Assembly (NCBI GenBank): GCA_964618075.1
Contig: CAZTZO010000007.1
Coordinates: forward strand, 1-40,000
Length of the DNA stretch: 40,000 nt
DNA from: an uncultured Lachnospiraceae bacterium
GTDB taxonomy: Bacteria; Bacillota; Clostridia; Eubacteriales; Anaerofustaceae
Reading direction: 5' to 3'
The notes below the pieces were generated by a model. That model was not told where the DNA came from, ran no database searches, and was given only the letters and a program-made list of their open reading frames with translations. The translations under genes and the position numbers were made by a program. Shown here piece by piece: positions 1 to 7,218 of the stretch. How positions within the stretch are numbered: position 1 is the first letter of the stretch; each line of letters starts with the position of its first letter.

Positions 1-54
1 CCCCCGACACTTCGGGTATGAACCGAATGCTCTAGCCAACTGAGCTACCCCGCC
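1..54 (-). tRNA. tRNA-Met (anticodon CAT), elongator type, 3' portion cut off by window edge
   Basis: Reverse complement reads GGCGGGG-TA-GCTC-AGTTGGCTA-GAGC-A-TTCGG-TTCATAC-CCGAA-GTGTC-GGGGG. This gives an acceptor stem, D arm, anticodon arm with CAT centred in a 7-nt loop, variable loop and the start of the T stem. The anticodon stem lacks the three G:C pairs of initiator tRNA, and the loop TTCATAC is Met-like rather than Ile2-like. Confidence 0.85.
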
Positions 55-248
55 ATATAAAGTTGCTTGATTATTTTATACTACACAGCAAATAAAGTCA
101 AGCAATAAAAGGAAGAAAATACAGCGCTTGTTTGGTGATTGGGATTTTTAAAAAATAAGAATAATAATTTAACTCGGAATGAAAATATTAAGTATAAACA
201 TTATGTTGATAATAGTATTATCCTTACTAATGCAATACAATACTTAAC

Positions 249-1334
249 TTAGCACTTTATTCGGTCAAGTAGTTTTCTGCTTATAGTGTGACATGGTTTT
301 TCAATAATAACACATGAAAGTATCGCCAATAAAGCTGTTAGGACAGCAGTAATCAATGTATAAACGGAAGAATTGATTGGAATAGCAAAATGTTGAGCTA
401 ACCACACACATACTTCTTGCACAAAAAAACCATATAAATACAAACCGTAAGATATCTCATATTTTCTACCGATGCGCCCAAGAAAGTCGCTACTGGTAAA
501 TGCCAATTAAAGAATGAAATATGGCAAAATAAAATACAACAAAATGTGCATAACGATATAGTTAAATGAAAAACAACTAAGTAGAAAACCTAATACCACT
601 GAAACAGGCAGACTAAGATAATTTTCTATTTTAATCATTGCTAACGAGCTACCAATGAAATAAAAAGGAACAATGTGTAGCGCTTGTATCCAATCTGTAC
701 CATAAAAAACCAGTCTATTCAATGGATATAATTGGGTCATAACGATATCTCCTACACAGACTAAAACAGTAATTGCAATAAATACCCCCACTGATTTTTT
801 AGAACGACTTCTTATACGACAGATGTTTATTAATATAGGTAATAAAATATACATCAACACCTCAACTGGCAATGTCCACAATGATCCATTGATGACATTC
901 GGATAGGGTGTGCTTGCAAAGCATCCCGGGAGTTGGTACCTAACGTACAACACGAGATTTTCTAAATATTTCAATGCACCCGAAGAGAAATACTCTTTGA
1001 AAGAAAGCTGCGTGATAAGTGGTCCCACTATAAATGTTGCCAAAATAACAAATACTGCCAATGGAGGCCATATACGAAAGAAACGTTTAATAGCATAACG
1101 GTATGGATTGGAATCTAACAACCAACTCTGAGTAATCAAATAACCGCCCAGAATAAAAAATATATATACTCCAATTGCTTGAATACCATGCTCCCATAAC
1201 TTTGGTGCGGTAGTACCTGCAATATATGACATATGACCTGCTATAACCATAAAAGCAGCTACCAAACGAATAGAAGAAATATTATTGTTTCTGTTTGTAG
1301 AATTGCTTAATTCCTTAACATTAATCTCATTCAT
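249..1334 (-). pseudogene. Acyltransferase family 3 (OafA/YrhL-like integral-membrane O-acyltransferase) interrupted by an in-frame TAA
   Basis: ORFs 507..1334 and 249..506 are in the same frame and separated only by a TAA (plus-strand tta at 507-509). Together they give about 360 aa of polytopic membrane protein. The AT3 N-terminal pattern is present (IRLVAAFMVIAGH..FFILGGYL..RIWP), and the C-terminal SYGLYLYGFF motif lies in the downstream fragment. Confidence 0.8.
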
Positions 1335-2449
1335 TTAGAAAACCATCTATAAATTGTTCTGCAGATAATATAGAGAAATGAATGGTTCTGTAATGTACGC
1401 TTAAAAATCTCTATTAACATATCCCGTCGTCCAAAATAACTCAAGTTCACTTCTTTTTCGATACAATCGGTGTGAGTAGCATATATTTGTAATTTATCTT
1501 TTTCAAGTAATATTGGGACGTCTACAAATTTATCAGTAATGATCTCATAATTTGCTCTCCATTCTGCTTGGCTATGTACTGTTAAAGACGATTCAGCGTT
1601 AATCCATAAACGATAAATGCATGTCCCAATGGTAATATCTTCAACTCCGCACATAAATGCTACTCGCATAAGATAGTCCCAGTCTTCCGTGGTAGTTAAT
1701 TTTTCATCAAATAAGAATCCGTACTTAATAAAAGCTTCTGACGGAAACGCTAAACCAATAAGAGGACATTTATTTAAGGATAATTGAGATGCAATATCAA
1801 ATGGAGCGCAGAACAAGTCTTCAGGGCGTTCCTCGGCACGTAATGCTGTTTCATTAGTATGAGGATTAATTATTTGACTCCATTTTTGTGAAAATGCAAA
1901 TGCGTGCAATACTTTACCCATTGAATCATGTGCTTTGTTTCTAAAAGCTTCTATCCAATTCCCAAAAACGAGATCATCATCATCCAATATTATTACATAT
2001 TTACCACGTGCATGTGCAAAACCAAAATTCAGCGGCGTAGTTCGCGTTCCGTGGTCTAATAAATAAAAACGAATTTTAGAACGAAAATCATTCGGTTGTT
2101 CATCTATTATTTGATCTACTAATTTCTTTTGTTCCGATTGTAGTATATGACCAATCAATATTACTTCAAAATCTTGGCATGTCTGAGCGTAAAGGCATAA
2201 CAACGTTTCACGTAATGATTCCGGGCGACGCCCTTGTGTACGTGTTATTATTGTGGCAAACGGTCGTTTGTCTGTAGATAGTTCCTCTTCTACAATGGGT
2301 TGATATTCCATTTTTAAAGGATTTTTTTGATTTGATTCCAATGTATTCGCAAGCCAAAGTAAATACTTACCAGAACATGTATTTCTATTTAAATAATTTG
2401 ACAATGTATGTAATTCTGTTATAGCTGAAACCATTGACTGATCTTTCAT
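1331..2449 (-). CDS. Glycosyltransferase family 2
   Basis: Shows the GT-A pattern FATIITRTQGRRPESLRETLLCLYAQTCQDFEVILIGH and an acidic DxD-type motif, YVIILDDDD. The start is moved to MKDQS (cat at 2447-2449), which has an AGGAG RBS upstream and avoids overlap with the upstream gene. Confidence 0.8.
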   Translation of the reverse strand: MKDQSMVSAITELHTLSNYLNRNTCSGKYLLWLANTLESNQKNPLKMEYQPIVEEELSTDKRPFATIITRTQGRRPESLRETLLCLYAQTCQDFEVILIGHILQSEQKKLVDQIIDEQPNDFRSKIRFYLLDHGTRTTPLNFGFAHARGKYVIILDDDDLVFGNWIEAFRNKAHDSMGKVLHAFAFSQKWSQIINPHTNETALRAEERPEDLFCAPFDIASQLSLNKCPLIGLAFPSEAFIKYGFLFDEKLTTTEDWDYLMRVAFMCGVEDITIGTCIYRLWINAESSLTVHSQAEWRANYEIITDKFVDVPILLEKDKLQIYATHTDCIEKEVNLSYFGRRDMLIEIFKRTLQNHSFLYIICRTIYRWFSK

Positions 2450-2471
2450 GTTTATGCTCCTATCATCCTTC

Positions 2472-3398
2472 TTATAAAACAAAACGATTTTCTGTGTAAT
2501 AATTACCCACAAATCTAGCAACCTTATGTGTAGGATCTATCGGTTCTGGTAATATTCCCTCATATTTACGACGAATGAATTCTTGCGCAGCTCGTCTTTC
2601 GTATGCGATAGATTTGTCGCTTTTATAGCAGTTGAGGAGCATATTGACACGTTCTGGATTCGACCACTTATATGCCAACATCAAACTAGCTAAAGCAGAA
2701 TAGTATATCTCTGACTCACTTGGTTGCCATGAGCCATCCACTCCCAATGTTTTATCATGGAAAACCGGTGCAAACGGCTGATAAAATATTTTATAACCTA
2801 ACAATCTCATCCGCCATGAAAAATCAAGATCATCACAATAAAGGAAAAACGTTTGTGCATCAAAACCATTAAGTCGATTAAATATATCTCTCCTGATAAC
2901 TGCGCATGCAGTTGTAGCCCATTCTGTTTCAAAAGATTTTTTATCATATTCTTTTTGATGTTCGATGGGTGTTTGACGTGCCTCTACCATTCCAATCAGT
3001 TTATTCATTTTAAATGGTAATAATGCATAATAAAAATAGTGTGGTGAAAGTATGATATCCGGATTTAAAATTAACATATAGGGGAAATCTGTTTCGTTTG
3101 CAATTAAATTATTACCTTTTGCCGAACCGGTATTCGTATTAAAATAATGATATTTTAACTCTATACGCTCGTGCAGTTTCCCACGAAGCTCTGCCAATTC
3201 AACCTCACTGAAAGTTGCTTTTTTGCTTGCATCGCCGTAGACGACAACCAAACGAAGAAACTGTCCATATTCATTTTCTGCAACCCGTACTGCATTTGAT
3301 ATCGATTCAAGTGAACGTACCAAGCTACTTTTCTCATTATTAAAAATGACTGACTGTATTTGTATATTCACATCATAACTTTTTCTTTCTTGTTCCAT
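2472..3398 (-). CDS. Glycosyltransferase family 2 (rhamnosyltransferase-like subgroup)
   Basis: Carries LILNPD (DxD-like) and FFLYCDDLDFSWRMRLLGYKIFY, which is characteristic of GT2 polysaccharide transferases. It sits in a co-directional operon with the neighbouring glycan genes. Confidence 0.8.
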   Translation of the reverse strand: MEQERKSYDVNIQIQSVIFNNEKSSLVRSLESISNAVRVAENEYGQFLRLVVVYGDASKKATFSEVELAELRGKLHERIELKYHYFNTNTGSAKGNNLIANETDFPYMLILNPDIILSPHYFYYALLPFKMNKLIGMVEARQTPIEHQKEYDKKSFETEWATTACAVIRRDIFNRLNGFDAQTFFLYCDDLDFSWRMRLLGYKIFYQPFAPVFHDKTLGVDGSWQPSESEIYYSALASLMLAYKWSNPERVNMLLNCYKSDKSIAYERRAAQEFIRRKYEGILPEPIDPTHKVARFVGNYYTENRFVL

Positions 3399-3451
3399 AA
3401 AACCTTTTCCTTTTGCATATTTTTTTATTTTATATATTTAAAACGACATTT

Positions 3452-4396
3452 TTATATATGCTGATCAGACAGCTTATTTTCAAGTTTCGTTATATAGGCA
3501 TGTGCTTCGCTGCGTTCTCTTTCAAGCTTTTCTATATAGGCATGTGCTTCACTGCGTTCTTTTTCAAGCTTTTCTATATAGGCATGTGCTTCGCTGCGTT
3601 CTCTTTCAAGCTTTACTATATAGGATTGTGCTACATTATTATTTTTTTCTAAATTATGTATATATTTATCAACAGATTGCAGATATATGTCGCTAGAAGA
3701 AGCTCGTTTATCTTTCCTCTTGGATTGTATTTGACGTGCAGTAAACACAAACTGATATATTTCCCCTCGCTTGCGCTGTTGTAAGTATTGCAATACGTAT
3801 GAAGGAATCTGGTGAGTATTTGGATTCTGTTCAGTCTCACCCGTTTTAAAAAATATTTCTTCCTCATTAAAGACTTCATATCCGGCATTTTTAATCGTTG
3901 CTATGATATTGTTCCATGCAAAAAAATGTAAATGTGTATCATCCAGCAAACCTAGCTGTGTATATCGCCAATCATCTGATATAAGATTTATTATGACATC
4001 ATTATGAGCTACATTTGGAACAACAATAAATAACAAACCGTCTTGTTTAAGATGTGTTCGAATACGTATGAGAGTTTCTAAAGGGTTTCTGATATGTTCT
4101 AGAACATTAGCCACTAACACGCAATCAAACTGTTTCCCCCTATAATAATTGCACCATTCGTCTGTTTCTATATCACAGCATATTCCATCATTTGCATATG
4201 GTATTGCATACTCATAAGCTTCACGATCAATCTCAATAACAGATACAGAACATTCATTGTACTCTTTTAGAGCACGAGTCATATAACCTGTTGCACATCC
4301 AAATTCAAGCACTGATGCTCCATGTGGTATACGCCTAAGAATAATGCCATTGCATGAATTATCATCTGGCTTTATGTCGCTAAAATCGTATTTCAT
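3452..4396 (-). CDS. Class I SAM-dependent methyltransferase with C-terminal 14-residue-repeat coiled-coil tail
   Basis: SAM motif I is VLEFGCATGY, with downstream motifs DCVLVANVLEH and GLLFIVVPN. The C-terminus is KLERERSEAHAYIEKLEKERSEAHAYIEKLERERSEAHAYITKLENKL. The start is set at MKYDFS (4396), which has a GGAGAAAG RBS. Confidence 0.8.
   Translation of the reverse strand: MKYDFSDIKPDDNSCNGIILRRIPHGASVLEFGCATGYMTRALKEYNECSVSVIEIDREAYEYAIPYANDGICCDIETDEWCNYYRGKQFDCVLVANVLEHIRNPLETLIRIRTHLKQDGLLFIVVPNVAHNDVIINLISDDWRYTQLGLLDDTHLHFFAWNNIIATIKNAGYEVFNEEEIFFKTGETEQNPNTHQIPSYVLQYLQQRKRGEIYQFVFTARQIQSKRKDKRASSSDIYLQSVDKYIHNLEKNNNVAQSYIVKLERERSEAHAYIEKLEKERSEAHAYIEKLERERSEAHAYITKLENKLSDQHI
3483..3625. 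repeat. 42-bp tandem direct repeat, about 3.4 copies, inside the methyltransferase 3' end
   Basis: The TATATAGG anchor recurs at 3491, 3533, 3575 and 3617, an exact 42-nt period. Units are near-identical (tatataggcatgtgcttc[g/a]ctgcgttct[c/t]tttcaagcttttc). Each unit encodes 14 aa, equal to two heptads. Confidence 0.9.
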
Positions 4397-4628
4397 TCTT
4401 ACTTTCTCCGCTTTATAGCAAATTCTATACTTCATCTCAATCGTTTATCAATTAGTATTAATTAGCCTACTCAATTAATAAAGTCAATTATTTACTACAA
4501 ATAAAACAGCATAACTTTTAAATCGCCACCAAATTTTGTGATAAGATAATTATATTTCCATCACTCCAATATTGGCTATTGAAAACACACCACAATTATT
4601 GTTTCAATATTGCCTAAAGCTATTTTCC

Positions 4629-5504
4629 TTATGTGGATTTTATATTTTCTATCAATTTATCATTTTGTTGCTCAATCCATTCTCCCATTAGACTAATTAT
4701 ATTAGTATTATCTCCCCAAACTTCCGTCGAGTCGTATGCTCTGTCCGGATAAGCGCCGTAATTAAGCTTTATATTTAAACCATGCTCTTTTATAAACGAC
4801 TCAACCTGTTCAGAAAGAGAAACGGGTCTTCCTGAGCATATGTTGATTATGCCGGTTATTTTTTGTTGGCTTGAGATGACAACTATCTGTCTTGCAAGCT
4901 CTTGAACCGTAATGAAATCATATTTTTTATTTCTGCCTGTAAAGGGAAATTCGCTCTGTCCCTCCTCTGCCGCACGAAGGATCTTCGAAAATATTGAATT
5001 GGCATATGCGTCATCACCGTATATATAGTAAGCTCTCAGCCAATAAAGATTAAAGTTAAGCTCATTCGACAACAAAAGCATCGATTCTCTAAGTGCATTT
5101 TTTGATATTCCATACAGGGATAACGGATCACAGGGAGTATTCTCGTCAATCGCGCCTTCCCAATATCCGACCTCATGCATTGTCCCCATCACAGCAATAT
5201 TTTTACATCCGCCGACTGCCATGTCACACAGGAACTCATAATGCTTTGAAAGATACAGCATATGTTCACTGGAATTATGGATGAATCCATTTTTCCACTC
5301 CAAATGAATCAGCAAATCGGGAGAGCCGAATTCAAAAAAAGTATTTTTATCGCCATTAAATATATCCTCGTTAATAAAATAAGCACGTTTGTCAACGCCG
5401 TTGTTTTTCAAATCAACCGCTATAACCTCATGACCATTGTTCAATAATTCCGTTACTACATATCTTCCTATATATCCCGAAGCTCCCGTTACAAGCACTT
5501 TCAT
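4629..5504 (-). CDS. NAD-dependent epimerase/dehydratase (extended SDR)
   Basis: Has the N-terminal Rossmann motif MKVLVTGASGYIGRYV and the catalytic YxxxK (YGISKNALR). It is the first gene of the glycan operon. Confidence 0.85.
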   Translation of the reverse strand: MKVLVTGASGYIGRYVVTELLNNGHEVIAVDLKNNGVDKRAYFINEDIFNGDKNTFFEFGSPDLLIHLEWKNGFIHNSSEHMLYLSKHYEFLCDMAVGGCKNIAVMGTMHEVGYWEGAIDENTPCDPLSLYGISKNALRESMLLLSNELNFNLYWLRAYYIYGDDAYANSIFSKILRAAEEGQSEFPFTGRNKKYDFITVQELARQIVVISSQQKITGIINICSGRPVSLSEQVESFIKEHGLNIKLNYGAYPDRAYDSTEVWGDNTNIISLMGEWIEQQNDKLIENIKST

Positions 5505-5721
5505 TGTTTATTCCCTTATCCTGTCTTATTTCTCTTTAAAATATTGTCTTAATGTTTAGCTCAACTACACCGCATTGCCTGCTGCGGTATTTATAAGCCA
5601 TATGCTTTGCTCTTTTTTTATGGTGTTTAATAAAAATACCAAGCTTTAATTGCCCCAAAAAAATAGCGGCTGCTAAAAGTCAATATTGCGCTCACTGCTG
5701 CTATAAGCTCTGCGCGTCATT

Positions 5722-5889
5722 TTATTTTTGTGCGGAATCTTTTTCTAAAGATCTCACGCCTGCAATAATAATATTACGTATCATTTCGGACCTGTTTTGG
5801 TCATAAAATATTTCTTTCTTTAATCTAGTCAATGTTTCTTCGATTTCCTTTGTGACCGTGAAAGTTATCTTAGTTAAGTTTTCAGCCAT
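5722..5889 (-). CDS. Ribbon-helix-helix (CopG/Arc-like) small DNA-binding protein, 55 aa; below the ORF-track size cutoff
   Basis: My translation is MAENLTKITFTVTKEIEETLTRLKKEIFYDQNRSEMIRNIIIAGVRSLEKDSAQK*. It has an N-terminal beta-strand (KITFTV), helix A, then NRSEMIRN, which resembles the xRSElIR turn/helix B of RHH proteins. An AAGGATG RBS-like sequence lies upstream, and a consensus promoter TTGACA-18-TATAAT sits on the minus strand at 5983-5954. Confidence 0.65.
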   Translation of the reverse strand: MAENLTKITFTVTKEIEETLTRLKKEIFYDQNRSEMIRNIIIAGVRSLEKDSAQK

Positions 5890-5914
5890 TTTTTTTACAT
5901 CCTTTTATAATTTA

Positions 5915-6035
5915 TATAGTATGAACTTCTGTTTTTATGAACTATTATTGTTTATTATAGTTCATAATGTATGAACCTGTCAATACATTTAAAAAAAGTC
6001 TTGACTTTGTCTGAACTTATACATAATATGAACTA
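5915..6035. promoter_or_regulatory. Back-to-back sigma-A-type promoters overlaid by an ATGAAC/GTTCAT repeat array (putative RHH operators)
   Basis: The plus-strand promoter is TTGACT (6001-6006)-17 nt-TAATAT (6024-6029). The minus-strand promoter is TTGACA (5978-5983 rc)-18 nt-TATAAT (5954-5959 rc). The ATGAAC hexamer occurs at 5921, 5937, 5971 and 6028. A CTGAAC variant is at 6011 and an inverted GTTCAT at 5960, forming the palindrome GTTCAT-N5-ATGAAC at 5960-5976. Confidence 0.55.
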
Positions 6036-6049
6036 AAGGAGGCAAATAA

Positions 6050-6238
6050 ATGCCCACACAAAAACCCCGTTATACAGTTATTGTTGATGAGCAGCTGCTT
6101 AAAGAAATTGATGATTTTCGTTTTGAAAACCGTTATCCGAGCCGTTCAGCTGCAACGTTGGATTTGATCAAGCTCGGTATGAAACAGCTTGAAGAAGAGA
6201 AGAAAATAAATAATAGGTCATCTAAGAAAAACAAATAA
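6050..6238 (+). CDS. Ribbon-helix-helix (CopG/Arc/ParD-like) small DNA-binding protein, 62 aa
   Basis: Contains RYTVIVDEQLLKEIDDFRFENRYPSRSAATLDLIKLGM, which reads as beta-strand, helix, xSRS turn, helix. A strong RBS (AAGGAGG) lies 7 nt upstream of the ATG. Confidence 0.7.
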   Translation: MPTQKPRYTVIVDEQLLKEIDDFRFENRYPSRSAATLDLIKLGMKQLEEEKKINNRSSKKNK

Positions 6239-6459
6239 CGTATATAAGCTTTTGTTTGCATATCTTGCTTCAATTATTAGATGTTTTGCACTAAACAAGG
6301 CTGTTTTATCATGCGCTTCGTTATGCTTTTCTTTATAAAAAAACATAACTCTAATTTGCTTTATGATTACATCAGGCTTTTTAAAAAACAAAATACTTAA
6401 TTGTTTACGTTTGTAATCAATGTAAAAAAGGCTGTTATTAGAGAAAAATATGCAGAAAT

Positions 6460-6510
6460 AAAAAAAGACCGCGCTTATAAATTTGCTTAAACACGGTCGT
6501 TTGTTTTGTT
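6460..6510. terminator. Candidate bidirectional hairpin terminator between the RHH gene and dfx
   Basis: Stem GACCGCG (6467-6473) pairs with CACGGTC (6492-6498) with one mismatch. It is flanked by an A-run on the left and a T-rich run on the right. The loop is long (18 nt), so confidence is modest. Confidence 0.4.
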
Positions 6511-6575
6511 GATTTGAATTTCAAATTAAAGACAAAAGTGCCTTAATATCCATAAAAATGATTTTTTATACTTTT

Positions 6576-6953
6576 TTATAAGATGGTTTTCCAAAGACCG
6601 TGAAGGTTGCAGTAAGCATACACGGCTATGGGTTTATCGTCGATAAAAACAAATTGTGCATGAGGCTTATCCGTTGGCTTTAAAGCCTTTCTCTGTCCTC
6701 CGTGTTCTGTTTCTACGAATATCCACATAATAAAATGCTCATCACTCATCGGATGCTCGATGCTTCCGATATCAACAGTTAGCTTATCGCCGTCATAGCT
6801 TATAACAGGCAAATGCTTTTCTTTACTTGCGTCGGTAGTATTGGCTACCAGCGCCTTCATTTTTTCGCCGCAGCAAACCAAAGGTACTCCCGAAGAAGCC
6901 ACCATTCCTACAAGATTCTTGCAATGCTCACAAAGATAAAACTTCTCGCTCAT
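6576..6953 (-). CDS. dfx: Desulfoferrodoxin (2Fe superoxide reductase)
   Basis: The N-terminal desulforedoxin-like Cys cluster is CEHCKN...CCGEKM. The C-terminal neelaredoxin domain shows KHLPVI, EHPMSDEHFIMWI and YCNLHGLW. The start is set at MSEKF (6953), which has a GGAGG RBS. Confidence 0.85.
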   Translation of the reverse strand: MSEKFYLCEHCKNLVGMVASSGVPLVCCGEKMKALVANTTDASKEKHLPVISYDGDKLTVDIGSIEHPMSDEHFIMWIFVETEHGGQRKALKPTDKPHAQFVFIDDKPIAVYAYCNLHGLWKTIL

Positions 6954-7012
6954 ATTTTCCTCCGTATACATTTATTACCTTGCTTTTTAATTAAGTGTAT
7001 TTACAATAAAAA

Positions 7013-7045
7013 AACAAAGCATCGCAAACGCTTTGTTCTTTTTAA
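7013..7045 (-). terminator. Rho-independent terminator downstream of argH
   Basis: Hairpin AACAAAGC-atcgcaaac-GCTTTGTT, flanked by an A-run on the plus strand (a T-run on the minus-strand transcript) and a T-run on the other side. Confidence 0.5.
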
Positions 7046-7218
7046 GCAGTAATAATACATACCTTACTTATACGCAGTCAAAATTACACTACAAAGCGCC
7101 GTTTAATTCATTTTACATCATTCAGATAAGACATTCCACTTATTTTTGAAAATAATTAATTAAAAACAGTTATCATGCTCTCTGCTTGTATTTGCGTATG
7201 TAAGAATAGCTAAGAATA

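Noticed and set aside
1-250. tRNA-Met as the integration site of a genomic island carrying the glycan cluster
   Set aside because: The accessory block lies on the tRNA's 5' side, since the tRNA is on the minus strand and its 3' end is outside the window. There is no integrase and no visible repeat of tRNA sequence in 55-6575. Only compositional evidence remains; this is kept as a lower-confidence finding.
3413-3696. Regularly spaced 42-bp repeats that could be mistaken for a small CRISPR array; two plus-strand ORFs (3413..3652, 3502..3696) with repetitive peptides
   Set aside because: The repeats are directly adjacent with no spacers and lie in frame within the methyltransferase coding sequence, encoding a 14-aa heptad-type repeat. 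The plus-strand ORFs are antisense artefacts of the repeat.
4560-4610. Imperfect inverted repeat (CAATATTG...ATTGAAAACA / TGTTTCAATATTG) between the epimerase and methyltransferase genes
   Set aside because: The stem needs a bulge, no T-run follows on the transcribed (minus) strand, and the region is so AT-rich that such pairings are expected by chance. I cannot support a terminator or attenuator call.
5722-6575. Type II toxin-antitoxin module built on the RHH proteins
   Set aside because: No toxin-sized ORF with an RBS follows either RHH gene. The only downstream reading frame I could find (about 39 aa, starting near 6281) has no RBS and is low-complexity. I cannot exclude a deleted toxin.
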